Shown here: in pieces, positions 43,049 through 52,948 of the stretch
Numbering within the stretch: position 1 is the stretch's first letter
Layout: every line of letters starts with the position of its first letter
DNA from: Ostreococcus lucimarinus
Lineage: Eukaryota
Assembly (NCBI GenBank): GCA_000092065.1
Contig: CP000594.1
Direction: 5' to 3' (one strand)
Length of the DNA: 64,000 bases
The notes under the pieces: model-generated
What the model was told of the DNA's origin: nothing
Seen by the model: only the letters and a program-made list of their open reading frames with translations
Database searches by the model: none
Position numbers and translations under genes: made by a program

Positions 43049-43993
43049 GTGATGATGAAAGTCTTCGCATCACGCGCGAACGTCGGCGCGTGTACGACGG
43101 CGACGACGCGCTCTCGAACGACGACGACGATTCGCGCGTCGTCTCGCAAGTCCACCGGCGTGGACGCTGGTAAAGCGTCGGTCAAGGAGTGGAGCACGTC
43201 CAGGCGGAGCGCGTTCGTGGCGCCTGGTGCGTCTGCAATCTTGCGCACGATCGGTGCGGGCAGTGCGATGTTCGGGGGCGGGAAGGCGTACGCCAAGGCG
43301 CCGCGCGCGAAGGCGGACCCCTTTGCGGATGTTCTGAAGGACCCGGGCTTCCCGGCCGAATACCCGTTCGGAGAGAAAGAGATGGCGAGATACGACGAGA
43401 GCTCTGATTTTATCTTTTACTCTCAACCTAGATTCGTGACGCACATCGACGACGAAGCGATCGGCGCGTTGACGAAGTATTACGAGCGCTCGTTCCCACC
43501 GGCGAGCGAAGACGTGGCGATTTTGGACGTGTGCAGTAGCTGGATCTCCCATTATCCCGAAGGATACAAGGCTGGGAAGATTTCTGGGATCGGGATGAAC
43601 GAGGACGAGTTGAAGAAGAACCCTATTTTAACCGATTACGCCGTCCGGGACTTGAACGAAGATCCGACGTTTCCGTATGCGGACAATACCTTTGACGTCG
43701 TCACGAACACGGTGAGCGTCGACTACCTCACCAGACCTTTGGAAGTCATGAAAGAAGTGAGCAGAGTGTTGAAACCGGGTGGCACGGCGATCATGAGTTT
43801 CTCGAATAGATGCTTCCCCACCAAAGCCGTGGCCATTTGGACCGCCACGGGGGACTTGGATCACGTTTGGATCGTCGGCGCGTACTACCATTTCGCCGGC
43901 GGTTTCGAGCCGCCCGCGGCTGAGGACATCTCGCCCAATCCCGGCAAGACGGATCCCATGTACGTCGTCACAGCGAAGAAAATGACCGCGTGA
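43049..43993 (+). CDS. SAM-dependent methyltransferase (Methyltransf_11-like) with an N-terminal presequence.
   Basis: VAILDVCSSWISHY...FDVVTNTVSVDYLTRPLEVMKEVSRVLKPGGTAIMSFSNR (motifs I to III); Ser/Thr/Arg-rich N-terminus. Confidence 0.75.
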   Translation: MMMKVFASRANVGACTTATTRSRTTTTIRASSRKSTGVDAGKASVKEWSTSRRSAFVAPGASAILRTIGAGSAMFGGGKAYAKAPRAKADPFADVLKDPGFPAEYPFGEKEMARYDESSDFIFYSQPRFVTHIDDEAIGALTKYYERSFPPASEDVAILDVCSSWISHYPEGYKAGKISGIGMNEDELKKNPILTDYAVRDLNEDPTFPYADNTFDVVTNTVSVDYLTRPLEVMKEVSRVLKPGGTAIMSFSNRCFPTKAVAIWTATGDLDHVWIVGAYYHFAGGFEPPAAEDISPNPGKTDPMYVVTAKKMTA

Positions 43994-44104
43994 TAGATTT
44001 ATCATGTAGCACGTACGCACCACGCTTTGTTTGTTACGCATAGATTTCGACTTCCGCAAACGCCGCTCGCGCTCGCGTCGTCGCATACCTCGACTCTCGT
44101 CGAC

Positions 44105-44674
44105 ATGTTCGCCACGACTTTGACGACGCACACCGCTCGCGCTCGCGTTCAGGCGCCCACACGTGCGAGGACGCACTCTCACGCCGACGCGCGCGTCGTC
44201 CGGGCGTCATCCACGCCCTCGCGCGCTGTCCACGCCGCCGACTCGACCACCCGTCGACGCGCGTTGGCGTCCACGGCATCGCTCGCGCTGGCGCTCGTGA
44301 TGACGCCCGCGAACGCGCACGCCAAGGACGGTAAAAATGGAGTGTATTTCATCGAACCGCGCGGTGATAACCCCGTCGTCGGCCAAGAGTTCGTCGCCAA
44401 GTTTGGTGTGAAGGGTTACGAGCTCGCCCCGGCGTCCGCCGGGTTGCAAGAGGGCACGGGACATCACCACTTGATCATCGATGGACCGGCGTTCGTGGAG
44501 AAAGGACAAGAGATCCCGTTCGATGACACGCATTTACACTTCGGGAAGGCGCAAAAAGAGGGAACGGTGAAATTGAGCCCGGGCGAACACACGCTCACGC
44601 TGCAATTCGCCGACGCCAAGCACCGGTCGTTCGGGAAAAAGTTCGCAAAGCGAATCACGGTCGTCGTGGAGTGA
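44105..44674 (+). CDS. DUF4399-domain protein with a twin-arginine (Tat) thylakoid-lumen targeting signal.
   Basis: The ST-rich stroma-targeting region is followed by TRRRALASTASLALALVMTPANAHA|KDG (an RR motif, hydrophobic core and AHA cleavage site). The mature domain carries GTGHHHLIIDGP, typical of DUF4399. Confidence 0.7.
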   Translation: MFATTLTTHTARARVQAPTRARTHSHADARVVRASSTPSRAVHAADSTTRRRALASTASLALALVMTPANAHAKDGKNGVYFIEPRGDNPVVGQEFVAKFGVKGYELAPASAGLQEGTGHHHLIIDGPAFVEKGQEIPFDDTHLHFGKAQKEGTVKLSPGEHTLTLQFADAKHRSFGKKFAKRITVVVE

Positions 44675-44757
44675 TCGTCAATCGCGGGCCTTGGTAATTA
44701 TATTAATGTGTGTGTGTAAGCAGTACAGAATGAGAATTGAACGAACGACGTACGCGC

Positions 44758-45258
44758 TCAACGACGTTTCGATTTCGAGCGCTCGCCTTCGTCCGCGCCT
44801 CGAAACGCCGTCGCCGCGAGGCTCAGCGTCGCCGCCGCCGTGAGCCCGTAGCGCATCGGCAGTAACCATCGCGGGTACCCTCCCGCGCGCGCGTACACCG
44901 TGTCGACGCCCGCACACGCGAGTAAACCTCCCATGAGCGTCCCGCACGCCGCCACCTCGCTCGGCGCCGACAGCGCGGCCCACGCCAGCAGGCTCGGCGT
45001 CACCGACCACGCGTACCTCGCCGTGAGCTGCGCGGGCGTTGGATTCCAATGCTTCACCACCGTGTGCTTCACCGCGGCCAGGCCCCAGTGGATGCCACCG
45101 AGAAAGCTCAAAATCGTCGCCCCGTACGCGATTTGCGCTCGAGCGCACGTCTCGCCGCTCGCCACGGCGCGCAGACCGAGCGCGTCGCGCGCTTGCGGCG
45201 TGAGACCGACGAACGGCACCGCACCGAGCGCGCCCATGACGTGCGCCGCGTGCGCCAT
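44758..45258 (-). CDS. DUF3429-family membrane protein.
   Basis: ILSFLGGIHWGLA motif and several hydrophobic segments; ATG at 45258. Confidence 0.65.
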   Translation of the reverse strand: MAHAAHVMGALGAVPFVGLTPQARDALGLRAVASGETCARAQIAYGATILSFLGGIHWGLAAVKHTVVKHWNPTPAQLTARYAWSVTPSLLAWAALSAPSEVAACGTLMGGLLACAGVDTVYARAGGYPRWLLPMRYGLTAAATLSLAATAFRGADEGERSKSKRR

Positions 45259-45379
45259 GACGCGCGCGCGAACGCGCCGCGGACTGACGAATTCCGAACG
45301 CCGCGCCCGGGACGACGCGCGACGCCGTCACACGTCGACGCGCGTCGCGTCGCGTCGCGTCGACGCGCGGACGATCGCG

Positions 45380-46570
45380 ATGACGTCGTTCGAGTACATC
45401 GAACCGCGCACGCGCGTGGAGATTCACGGGATCAAGGCGAAACCCGAGCTGAACGGACGCGTCGGGACGGTGATGGAGTACGTCCCGGCGCGCGCGAGAT
45501 ATCGCGTGCGCGTGAGCGACGGCGACGACGGCGCGACGACGGGAGGAGGGAAGATGGAGGAGGTGTATTTGAAGCCGGATAACGTGCGGAAAGCGGAGAC
45601 GAAGGCGAAGGCGACGACGACGAAGGCGACGAAGGAGGTGGAGGCGGAGGCGGAGCCGACGCGGCCGACGGAGACGACGACGCGGGACGAGGTCGCGACG
45701 ACGTCTGAAAAGAGCGTGGATGAGATTTTGACGACGCAGAAGGCGATGGAAGAAATTGTGCCGAACCCAGACGCGGTGGCGGCGCCGATCGAGGAGATAA
45801 GAGATAGTGAGACGCTTTTGAAGGAATTCTTTCGGGACGTTTCCGACGCCACGCGAGACGCCGAGGTGGAACGTATTTTGTCTTGCTTCAAGCTGAATCC
45901 GTACGAGTTCTTAAACCTTCCGTTTGATTGCGAAAGGAAGGCGATTCCTCGCTCGTTTCGTAAGATTTCTTTGCTCGTACACCCTGATAAGTGCAAACAT
46001 GCGGATGCAAAGGCGGCGTTCGACGCGTTGGGACAGGCGCAAAAGCTTTTGCTCGACGAAGACTTCAAGCGCACCTTGGACTTTCACCTCGAGCAAGCGA
46101 AGGAATCTGTGCTAAAAACTTGGAAAAAAGAAGCCCGAGATGACGTGGCGCTTCGTGTGAAGTACGAAGGCAATAAGGAGGGGATGCTTGAAGACTTTTG
46201 CAAGACGGATGAATTTCACGAGCGCTGGAAGTACGAGGGACGCAACTACATCGTCGAATTAGAGTGGCGACGCCGTAAGATGGCGCTGCGAATCAAGGGA
46301 GAGGAAAAGCGGGTGACTGAGGAAGAGAAGGCTGAACTCGCGCAGCGTCGTAAAGAACACAAGGAAAAGAAAGAATGGGACCAAGACGAGAGGCGCGAAG
46401 CGCGAGTCGGCGGTTGGCGAGATTTCATGAAGGATAAAAAGGTTAAGAAGACAAAAACTGCGGGCGAGTTCAAGAGTTACCTAAAAACTGAAGTGAACCC
46501 GAGCAAGAAAGCGTTCGCGCTCGAAAAAGATAAAGTGCTTCGCCCTGATGAGATCAAGAGAGCGTTTTAA
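45380..46570 (+). CDS. J-domain protein (DNAJC8/Spf31-like).
   Basis: J domain: NPYEFLNLPFDCERKAIPRSFRKISLLVHPDKCKHADAKAAFDALGQAQKLL; charged C-terminal region. ATG at about 45380 (MTSFEYIE); the track ORF upstream overlaps the antisense gene. Confidence 0.75.
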   Translation: MTSFEYIEPRTRVEIHGIKAKPELNGRVGTVMEYVPARARYRVRVSDGDDGATTGGGKMEEVYLKPDNVRKAETKAKATTTKATKEVEAEAEPTRPTETTTRDEVATTSEKSVDEILTTQKAMEEIVPNPDAVAAPIEEIRDSETLLKEFFRDVSDATRDAEVERILSCFKLNPYEFLNLPFDCERKAIPRSFRKISLLVHPDKCKHADAKAAFDALGQAQKLLLDEDFKRTLDFHLEQAKESVLKTWKKEARDDVALRVKYEGNKEGMLEDFCKTDEFHERWKYEGRNYIVELEWRRRKMALRIKGEEKRVTEEEKAELAQRRKEHKEKKEWDQDERREARVGGWRDFMKDKKVKKTKTAGEFKSYLKTEVNPSKKAFALEKDKVLRPDEIKRAF

Positions 46571-46595
46571 GATTCTCGCTAATTTGTATTGAAAT

Positions 46596-49430
46596 CTATG
46601 ACTTCTCTTCGCTAGTTTCATCAACAGTCACCCAACTCGACGTTGGATTCGCTGTTTGCTTCACATCGTCCTTCTCTTCTGTTTCCTTATCGTCTTTCTT
46701 CTCTTCGTCGGGTTGAACCGCCTGAGGCTTGAAAGCGTTTCGTTGCGCGGCCGTCAAACTCTCGCCGCGAGGCGGCGAAGCGATACCCGGTTTCGATTTC
46801 TTCAAATTCTCCCCTGACTCTCCCGGTGATGCATCGTCCAAGCCAGGTGGTGGACTAATGGATCGTCCCCGCTTGCCCAACTCACCGTGCGTCGGCCCAG
46901 TGTCGACTTCATCCTCGAACACCGAGTGCGCCATGGGCGGCGGCGCAAAGCGCGAACCTTGGAAGTGGAGTACGGGCGGACTGTGAACTGCAGCTAAGTG
47001 CGGAGGCTGCTCGACGCCCGAGTCTGGATCATCATCGGATTCGAAGTAATCTTCTTCATCTTTGCTCATCGAGCTATCACGCCTCGCGCGCTGCTCTGAG
47101 AGCGCCTGCGCCGCCGCAATTTCTTGTCTCCCGTACGCCGTGGGGGCAACTCCGGCAAGCATAACTCCCGGGGGAAGCTCGATCGTCGTTGCGCTAAGGC
47201 CTTGCTGGTATCGAAGCTTGAGCAATCTAAACGTATCGACGTAGTACACCTCTTCGAACCACTCTTCGTACTTTTCTACTAGATGATGGATCAAGTTTCG
47301 AATGTTTTCACGACGAATAAAGTCGATCAATTCGAGCACGGAGCTGTTCAACAAGTTGTACTTGTCGCCATTAATCTTGAAGACTTTCATCACAGGATCG
47401 AATGCATTCATTTTAATGAAGTAGCGGTTGTAGAACTCATCTTTCAGGCTCACGCACGCGCGCAAGAAACGAATGGCTGACACCACGACGTACTTTTCTT
47501 TGCGCTCTGTGAGATGAAGGACGTGCTGCAACACGTGATTCCTCAGCATGTAATACTTGATTCGATATTGATGATTCTGCACCAAGAAGATGAGCAGATC
47601 GACGATCTTCGTAAGCGCCCATGGAGGGACGCTCTTTTCGTCGGGCGTGACGTCTTCTTTGCCGAGGGTTATGCGTGCCACCACCGCATCCATGTGCTTG
47701 TCGTAAAAGATGTCCAAAAGTTTATCCTTGTCTGAGGACGTGCCCTCCATCGTCTCCGGATCCATCAAAAACAACAAAATTTCCAAGTACGTCGCCTGAA
47801 TTCCGTCGCTCCCGACAAGAAACAGGCGCACTAATTCCGAGAGCATGTTCCGCTCCGCCGAGCTAGCTTGTTGCACCATGAAGTCTCGAAGCACCGCTGG
47901 ATCGTTTTGCAAGCTAGACATGATGACGTCCGCGGCTTTTAACTGCGAATATTCACCACCATGAATTAAGATGTCCGTCAACACGTCAAACAGCCCGTGG
48001 TTTTGCAGAGTTGAAAATACTTGCAAACGCGAGGCGTTTTGCAGGTGCCTCGCCAGAGTGCACAACTCTTGAAGGAATCCTACCAGGTCGTTCCAGTCTT
48101 CATCGCCGGGTTTGGACGCTTTTAACCTTTTGAATAACTCCCCGAAGAATTCTGGATCTCGATGGAGCTCTTGCACCACCTCGACGTTGTTACACATCAT
48201 CATCGACGTGAGCGTGCTAAACGCCGAGTCGTCGAGTGCACGAGGAAGAATGACATCTTTGAGATACCCTAAACGGCACGTCTGATGGATTTTCTCGCGA
48301 ATCATCGTATTTGTGATCGGTACCACCTCTTTAAAGGCGACATTTTTCTTTAAAAACTGTCGATGATGAACCCGCTCGATTTGGTCCGGGTCGTACTCCA
48401 ACGCGCCCACGAAGTCGAATACAAATTCTTCGCTCAGTAACGTTTCGTACAGACTCGGATCGTTCAGCATCACCATCGCCCTGAATATGGCGTAGAACAA
48501 ATGCAAGTTCTCGATGTCGTCCACGTCTTCGCACTGCCTGAATAGCTCGAATAGCCTGGGCAGATACTCTTTCGATTTCAAAATTTGCATCGGGATGCGC
48601 TCTCGAGCAAACAGCGAGCTCCCCGAGATGAGGTTGTAAAGCTGCTCCAAATTCTTCGTCTCGGGCTCGGGAAGTTCTATTTGCACGTCACGTTGCAGTC
48701 CTATGTATCTCACGCCGCCTTGCGCCTCGACGGCCTGAAACTGAAGCAGCTCTGACCCGACGTCCATCGCCGCCACCTTGGAACCGTCCTCCAAAGGCAA
48801 TCCTCCCGCGAGCTGCTCCACATCACCACCAGTCTGCTGCATGTACGCCCTCTGTACCGATTTGATCTGTTCCCAAATAAAGTTACATCCCATCCCTTCC
48901 TGAAAGCTCAGCGCTATGTCCGTCTCGAGCTCGGCGTCGACCCAGGAAATAATGGTCTCGTCCTCTTGTCTCGAGTAAAATCCCACCTCAGGCGATATCG
49001 CGTGCACTAAAAGCGGTTCTTGACTGTGTTCAGACATCACCACCAACCCAACCGATCCCGATTGCTGCGGAATCGCGAGAGACCCGTCAGTCGCGTCGTC
49101 TACGCGCGCGCGCCAGTCGTTCATTCGCACCTCCATGTACTCGCACGACGCGAACCCCGTGCCTTTATCGTCCCAATGTCCTCGGTCGTTCAGCCTGTAC
49201 AGCTTCACCCGCGCCATGGCGTTCCTTTTCTCTCCATCTTGCGCCGAAATCACCGAGCCCGGAACGTCGAGGTCGTCCGCCGCGTCGCCTCGCCGCGCCA
49301 CCAGAATCGTCTCCTCTTCCCTCGCGTCCCCCACCGTCGCGTCCGCCGCCGTCGTCGACGCCTCGATCGCGTCTCGCGCGTCGTCATCCCCGCCTTCATC
49401 CGCGCCGTCCATCGCGTCTGAATTCTCCAT
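46596..49430 (-). CDS. Protein phosphatase 4 regulatory subunit 3 (PP4R3/SMEK/Psy2).
   Basis: N-terminal EVH1/RanBD-like RVKLYRLNDRGHWDDKGTGFASCEY, then DUF625/ARM-like repeats over about 700 aa. The stop lies only 25 nt from the stop of the convergent DnaJ gene. Confidence 0.8.
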   Translation of the reverse strand: MENSDAMDGADEGGDDDARDAIEASTTAADATVGDAREEETILVARRGDAADDLDVPGSVISAQDGEKRNAMARVKLYRLNDRGHWDDKGTGFASCEYMEVRMNDWRARVDDATDGSLAIPQQSGSVGLVVMSEHSQEPLLVHAISPEVGFYSRQEDETIISWVDAELETDIALSFQEGMGCNFIWEQIKSVQRAYMQQTGGDVEQLAGGLPLEDGSKVAAMDVGSELLQFQAVEAQGGVRYIGLQRDVQIELPEPETKNLEQLYNLISGSSLFARERIPMQILKSKEYLPRLFELFRQCEDVDDIENLHLFYAIFRAMVMLNDPSLYETLLSEEFVFDFVGALEYDPDQIERVHHRQFLKKNVAFKEVVPITNTMIREKIHQTCRLGYLKDVILPRALDDSAFSTLTSMMMCNNVEVVQELHRDPEFFGELFKRLKASKPGDEDWNDLVGFLQELCTLARHLQNASRLQVFSTLQNHGLFDVLTDILIHGGEYSQLKAADVIMSSLQNDPAVLRDFMVQQASSAERNMLSELVRLFLVGSDGIQATYLEILLFLMDPETMEGTSSDKDKLLDIFYDKHMDAVVARITLGKEDVTPDEKSVPPWALTKIVDLLIFLVQNHQYRIKYYMLRNHVLQHVLHLTERKEKYVVVSAIRFLRACVSLKDEFYNRYFIKMNAFDPVMKVFKINGDKYNLLNSSVLELIDFIRRENIRNLIHHLVEKYEEWFEEVYYVDTFRLLKLRYQQGLSATTIELPPGVMLAGVAPTAYGRQEIAAAQALSEQRARRDSSMSKDEEDYFESDDDPDSGVEQPPHLAAVHSPPVLHFQGSRFAPPPMAHSVFEDEVDTGPTHGELGKRGRSISPPPGLDDASPGESGENLKKSKPGIASPPRGESLTAAQRNAFKPQAVQPDEEKKDDKETEEKDDVKQTANPTSSWVTVDETSEEKS

Positions 49431-49729
49431 CGCCACGACGTCGCGTCGACGCAGATTTCAATCGCCTCGAATCTTTCCTCGTCTCCGCGCGCGTCGCGCG
49501 GAGACCGAGCGTTCGTCTCCCGCGCGCCGGACGCGCTCGATCGCGCGTCGCGCGGTGCCAACCGTTCGTCTCCGCGCGTTCGCCGTCGCGTCGCGCGAAC
49601 GCGCGCCCGCGCGGTCGCGTCGCGCGTCGACGTCTGCGCGCGCGCGGCGCGCATTCGCGCGACGCCTCGACCCGAAACATAAAAAAAAATCACGAAAAGT
49701 CTCGCACCGTCGCGCGCGCGAACGGTATC

Positions 49730-49734
49730 AAAAA
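49730..49734 (-). terminator. RNA polymerase III T-run terminator for tRNA-Leu.
   Basis: A5 on the plus strand (T5 on the minus strand) about 5 nt after the discriminator base. Confidence 0.5.
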
Positions 49735-49739
49735 GTAGT

Positions 49740-49844
49740 GACAATGACGGGATTTGAACCCGCGCGCGTGAGCAGTGGAAAGTTTCGCGCGTCGATCCGC
49801 GTGCGGCCTAAATCCACCCCCTTAGACCACTCGGGCACATTGTC
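49740..49844 (-). tRNA. tRNA-Leu(UAG) with a roughly 20 to 26 nt intron.
   Basis: Minus strand: GACAATG TG CCCGAGTGGTCTAAGGG G GTGGA TTTAGG[intron]...TCCAC TGCTCACGCGCGC GGGTTCAAATCCCGT CATTGTC A. Perfect 7-bp acceptor stem, 3-bp D-stem and long variable arm (type II), loop UUUAGG (anticodon UAG) and A73 discriminator; followed by a T5 run. Confidence 0.7.
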
Positions 49845-50042
49845 GCGCGGTCGGCGGGCGCGCCGGCGTCGTCGCGCGAGGCGCGGATGGGGGTTAAGAG
49901 GGCGCGCGGTCGCGCGCGGCGGCGCGCGGGACTCGAGACCGAGCGAACGCGCGCGACGGTCGCGCGTGAGGATCGAGCGTTGGATACACGCGCGCTACGT
50001 GCTAATGATGATCTACGAGGGCGAGACGGGGACGAAGGACGA

Positions 50043-50517
50043 TCACGGCGACGGCGGCGCGGCGGAGACTTTGGCGGCGCGCGACGCGGGGTCGAGCGCG
50101 GCCGCCTTCTTCAGAGCCTTCTCCACGCCCTGGATCAATCTGGCGTTTTTCTGCGAGTCCGTGGAACGACGCGCGCGGCGTCAGTCGTCGAGTTTCGCGC
50201 GCGGGCGGCGCGCGAGCGAAGGATGCGAGCGTCGCGCGTCGACGGCGCGCACCAGGGCGTTGCGTTGGCGCGTTTGGGACATCTTCGCGAACGCGTGCGT
50301 CTTCCAGATGATCCCGCCTGCGCGCGAGCGACCGCGCGTGACGCGCGCGATGCGTCAGTCGATGATCGCGTTCGGCGCTCGCGCGTCTCGGCGCGCGCGT
50401 CGGGCGCCAGCGGTCGCGCGCGATCGAGTCGAGGTCGAATCCAGCGGTGCGCGCGCGCGACGTACCTCGCGCGAACGGGCCTTTCTTGACCGCCATGAGC
50501 ACGAACGAGGTGAACAT
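50043..50517 (-). CDS. Predicted 3-exon small protein (about 74 aa) of unknown function, approximately complement(50043..50150, 50253..50317, 50466..50517).
   Basis: Found only through splice grammar. Exon 1, MFTSFVLMAVKKGPFAR, ends at GTACGTCGCG; the intron has a CGACTGACGC branch box and a CGCGCAG acceptor. Exon 2, GIIWKTHAFAKMSQTRQRNAL, ends at GTGCGCGCC; the second intron has a CGACTGACGCC branch box and a CGCAG acceptor. Exon 3 is KNARLIQGVEKALKKAAALDPASRAAKVSAAPPSP*. Phases are consistent. Confidence 0.45.
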
Positions 50518-50781
50518 GGCGTCGACGAACGCGTCGACGCGCGCGCGTGCGTCGCGCGCGACGTCGCGCGGGACGGTGCGGGACAGCGCGCGACAGTGCG
50601 GGACGGTGTTCGAGGACGGCAAAGGGCGCTCGTCCAGTCGTCGCGCGGGCAAAAAAATGCCGAGACCTACAACATCGACTTGTCTATTGCAGTTTCTATT
50701 GCGGATTCGAGTCGCCCCGTGTCGTGACCGTCGCGGCGCTGAAGCTTACGGTTTCTTTCCTACACGATGTAACAATGACTT

Positions 50782-51564
50782 CTATTCTAGGCCGAGTCCG
50801 AGGATTTCGGCCGACTCGCGCGTCAATTCTGCGATCCGCACGCGCCCTTTCTCGGTGATGAAAGCCGCCACGCGTTCCATCTCTTCGCGCGAGACGTAAA
50901 TGAACGTCCCGCGGTCGTCCATGATGCCCGTGATTCGCCCCTCGGCTTCGAGCATTCGCACGCGCCGCACGGCGTCGGCGGTTCGCAAGCCAAATTTGGC
51001 GGCTAGTTCCTCCAAAACGACCACTTTTTTCGTCTTGATCTCGTCGGCAAACGCAACGAGCGCTTCCTCAGACTCATTTGCGGACGTCTCGTCCGCGGAA
51101 CTCGCCTCTTTGCCGCCGAATAATCCCCTCCGAGTCCCGCGCTGCTTGTCCTCCAGTCGACGCCGCTCCGCGCGCGCGGCGGCGGCGGCTTCCATCTCCG
51201 CCCTATCCTTCGCCTCGCGCTCGGCCCACTTTCTCCTATACTTTTCCTCTTTCTGTTCCTTCCACGTCAGCCCTCGCTGCTCGCGCTGCGCCGCCGCTTC
51301 GGCCTCCGCCTCCGCCTCGGCGCGCGCGCGCATCGCATCCGCCTCGCCGTTCGCGTCTTCATCCCTCCCTCGTCGTCTCCGCGCCCCCCCCCCGCGCGCC
51401 TGACCACGTCGCGCGCCTCCTCCGCCGTCGTCGTGCGCGTCTGCCTCCTCCAGCGTCGCTCTCATCCGCGCCTCGTGCGCGCGCCCGAGCACCAGCACCG
51501 AAGTCACGCCGAGCGCGAACAGCACCACGAACGCCACCAGCGCGCTCACCAGCGCGCGATCCAT
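50782..51564 (-). CDS. DDRGK1: DDRGK domain protein 1 (UFM1-system ER adaptor, DDRGK1/UFBP1).
   Basis: N-terminal TM (LVAFVVLFALGVTSVLVL), a charged coiled region, and the C-terminal GIMDDRGTFIYVSREEMERVAAFITEKGRVRIAEL (DDRGK/winged-helix motif). Confidence 0.8.
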   Translation of the reverse strand: MDRALVSALVAFVVLFALGVTSVLVLGRAHEARMRATLEEADAHDDGGGGARRGQARGGGARRRRGRDEDANGEADAMRARAEAEAEAEAAAQREQRGLTWKEQKEEKYRRKWAEREAKDRAEMEAAAAARAERRRLEDKQRGTRRGLFGGKEASSADETSANESEEALVAFADEIKTKKVVVLEELAAKFGLRTADAVRRVRMLEAEGRITGIMDDRGTFIYVSREEMERVAAFITEKGRVRIAELTRESAEILGLGLE

Positions 51565-51780
51565 GACGTGCGACCTTTTCGCCCTTCCCTCGCGCGCCCG
51601 CGGGTCGCGCCGCGCGCCGCGCGTCGTCCACTGGCGTCGTTCGCGCGGATTCGGAGACGCGATGGTGGCGCGAACGACCGTGCCTAGGGTTTTGTTTTAC
51701 ACTACTGTAGACCCACGAACGCCATCAAGGGTTTTTATCGGCACCGCGCGACACGTCCGCCGGGACGTCGCACATCGGCG

Positions 51781-51820
<40 letters not shown>

Positions 51821-51822
51821 GC
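51781..51822. repeat. (GTC)13 trinucleotide repeat in the DDRGK1/D27 divergent promoter.
   Basis: gtcgtcgtcgtcgtcgtcgtcgtcgtcgtcgtcg. Confidence 0.9.
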
Positions 51823-51831
51823 ACCTCAGGC

Positions 51832-52704
51832 ATGTCCGGCATCGCGCGCGCGCCGACGCGCGCCCGCGCGCCCGCGTCGTCGTCGTCGTCGTCGCGGGAC
51901 GGCGCGCGACGACGCGCCCCGACGCGCGCGCGACGCGACCGCGCGCGCGCCTCGCGCGTCGTCGCGCGCGCGTCCGCGCCGGCGACGGAGTCGTACTCGT
52001 TCTTCAACCTCGCCCGGGCGGAGTTCCCGGAAAACTGGCGCGAGCCCGCGGTGAAGGTGCGGTACGAGGACTCGGCGCTGGACCTGGCGCTCATGGCGTG
52101 GTTCATGGCGAAGATCGGCGCGGCTATCGACGCGCCGAAACCGAAAGAGATATCGTACGACGAGTTCATCGCGCTGTGTTTCTTGCAGATGAAAGGACGA
52201 GACGCGGTAGGGATGGGTGACGTGACGGCGGGGGTGATTCGGTCGCTGGTGCCGCCGGGAGGGAACGCGGCGTTCAGGGCGCTGTTCCCGCCGAATCGAT
52301 TTTCTTGCGAGCTCAACGCGACGATCACGAAAATCGTGTTCGCGTGGATGGTGGGACCGATGGAGGTGGAAACGACCACGGAGAATGATCTTGGGATCGA
52401 GATGGCGTCCAAGGTGCACATAAAGAAGTGTCGGTGGCTTCAAGAGAGCGGGTGCACGGCGATGTGCGTGAACATGTGCAAGTGCGCAACGCAAGAAGTT
52501 TTCACGGACGATTTCGGGTTGCCGCTCACCATCAAGCCGAATTTTGAAAACAAAAGTTGCGATTTCTACTTTGGACTCACACCACCGCCGATTGAAAAGG
52601 ATGAAGCGTTGTTGTTCGGATGCAATGCGTTGTGCGCGACGGCGGCGCCGGATTCGGAAGGCACGCCGTGTCATAAACTCCGTCCGTACGAAGGAGAGCT
52701 TTAG
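51832..52704 (+). CDS. D27: DWARF27-family beta-carotene isomerase-like protein (DUF4033), plastid precursor.
   Basis: CRWLQESGCTAMCVNMCKCATQEVFTDDFGLPLTIKPNFENKSCDFYFG matches the D27 family; Ser/Arg-rich transit peptide. Confidence 0.8.
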   Translation: MSGIARAPTRARAPASSSSSSRDGARRRAPTRARRDRARASRVVARASAPATESYSFFNLARAEFPENWREPAVKVRYEDSALDLALMAWFMAKIGAAIDAPKPKEISYDEFIALCFLQMKGRDAVGMGDVTAGVIRSLVPPGGNAAFRALFPPNRFSCELNATITKIVFAWMVGPMEVETTTENDLGIEMASKVHIKKCRWLQESGCTAMCVNMCKCATQEVFTDDFGLPLTIKPNFENKSCDFYFGLTPPPIEKDEALLFGCNALCATAAPDSEGTPCHKLRPYEGEL

Positions 52705-52874
52705 AAGATCACGCGTCTCGTTGGTTGTGTAATAGTAAACGTTAGTAAGCGCGCGCGCACATGATGCGAAGTCGACGTATGGTTATATCTTGCATGACTA
52801 AGGAATTATCTAAATTGTATGACGAGCCTGTTTCAAAACTCACGCTGAAACGGAAAAAATTATGACATGAATAT

Positions 52875-52920
52875 GGATGGTACAGTGGGCAGGTGATGTG
52901 GATGGTACAGTGGGTAGGTG
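52875..52920. repeat. Tandem 23-bp duplication in the D27/Myb convergent 3' region.
   Basis: ggatggtacagtgggcaggtga tgt ggatggtacagtgggtaggtga. Confidence 0.7.
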
Positions 52921-52948
52921 AAAACATCATCGCATCTTAAGCTCGTAG

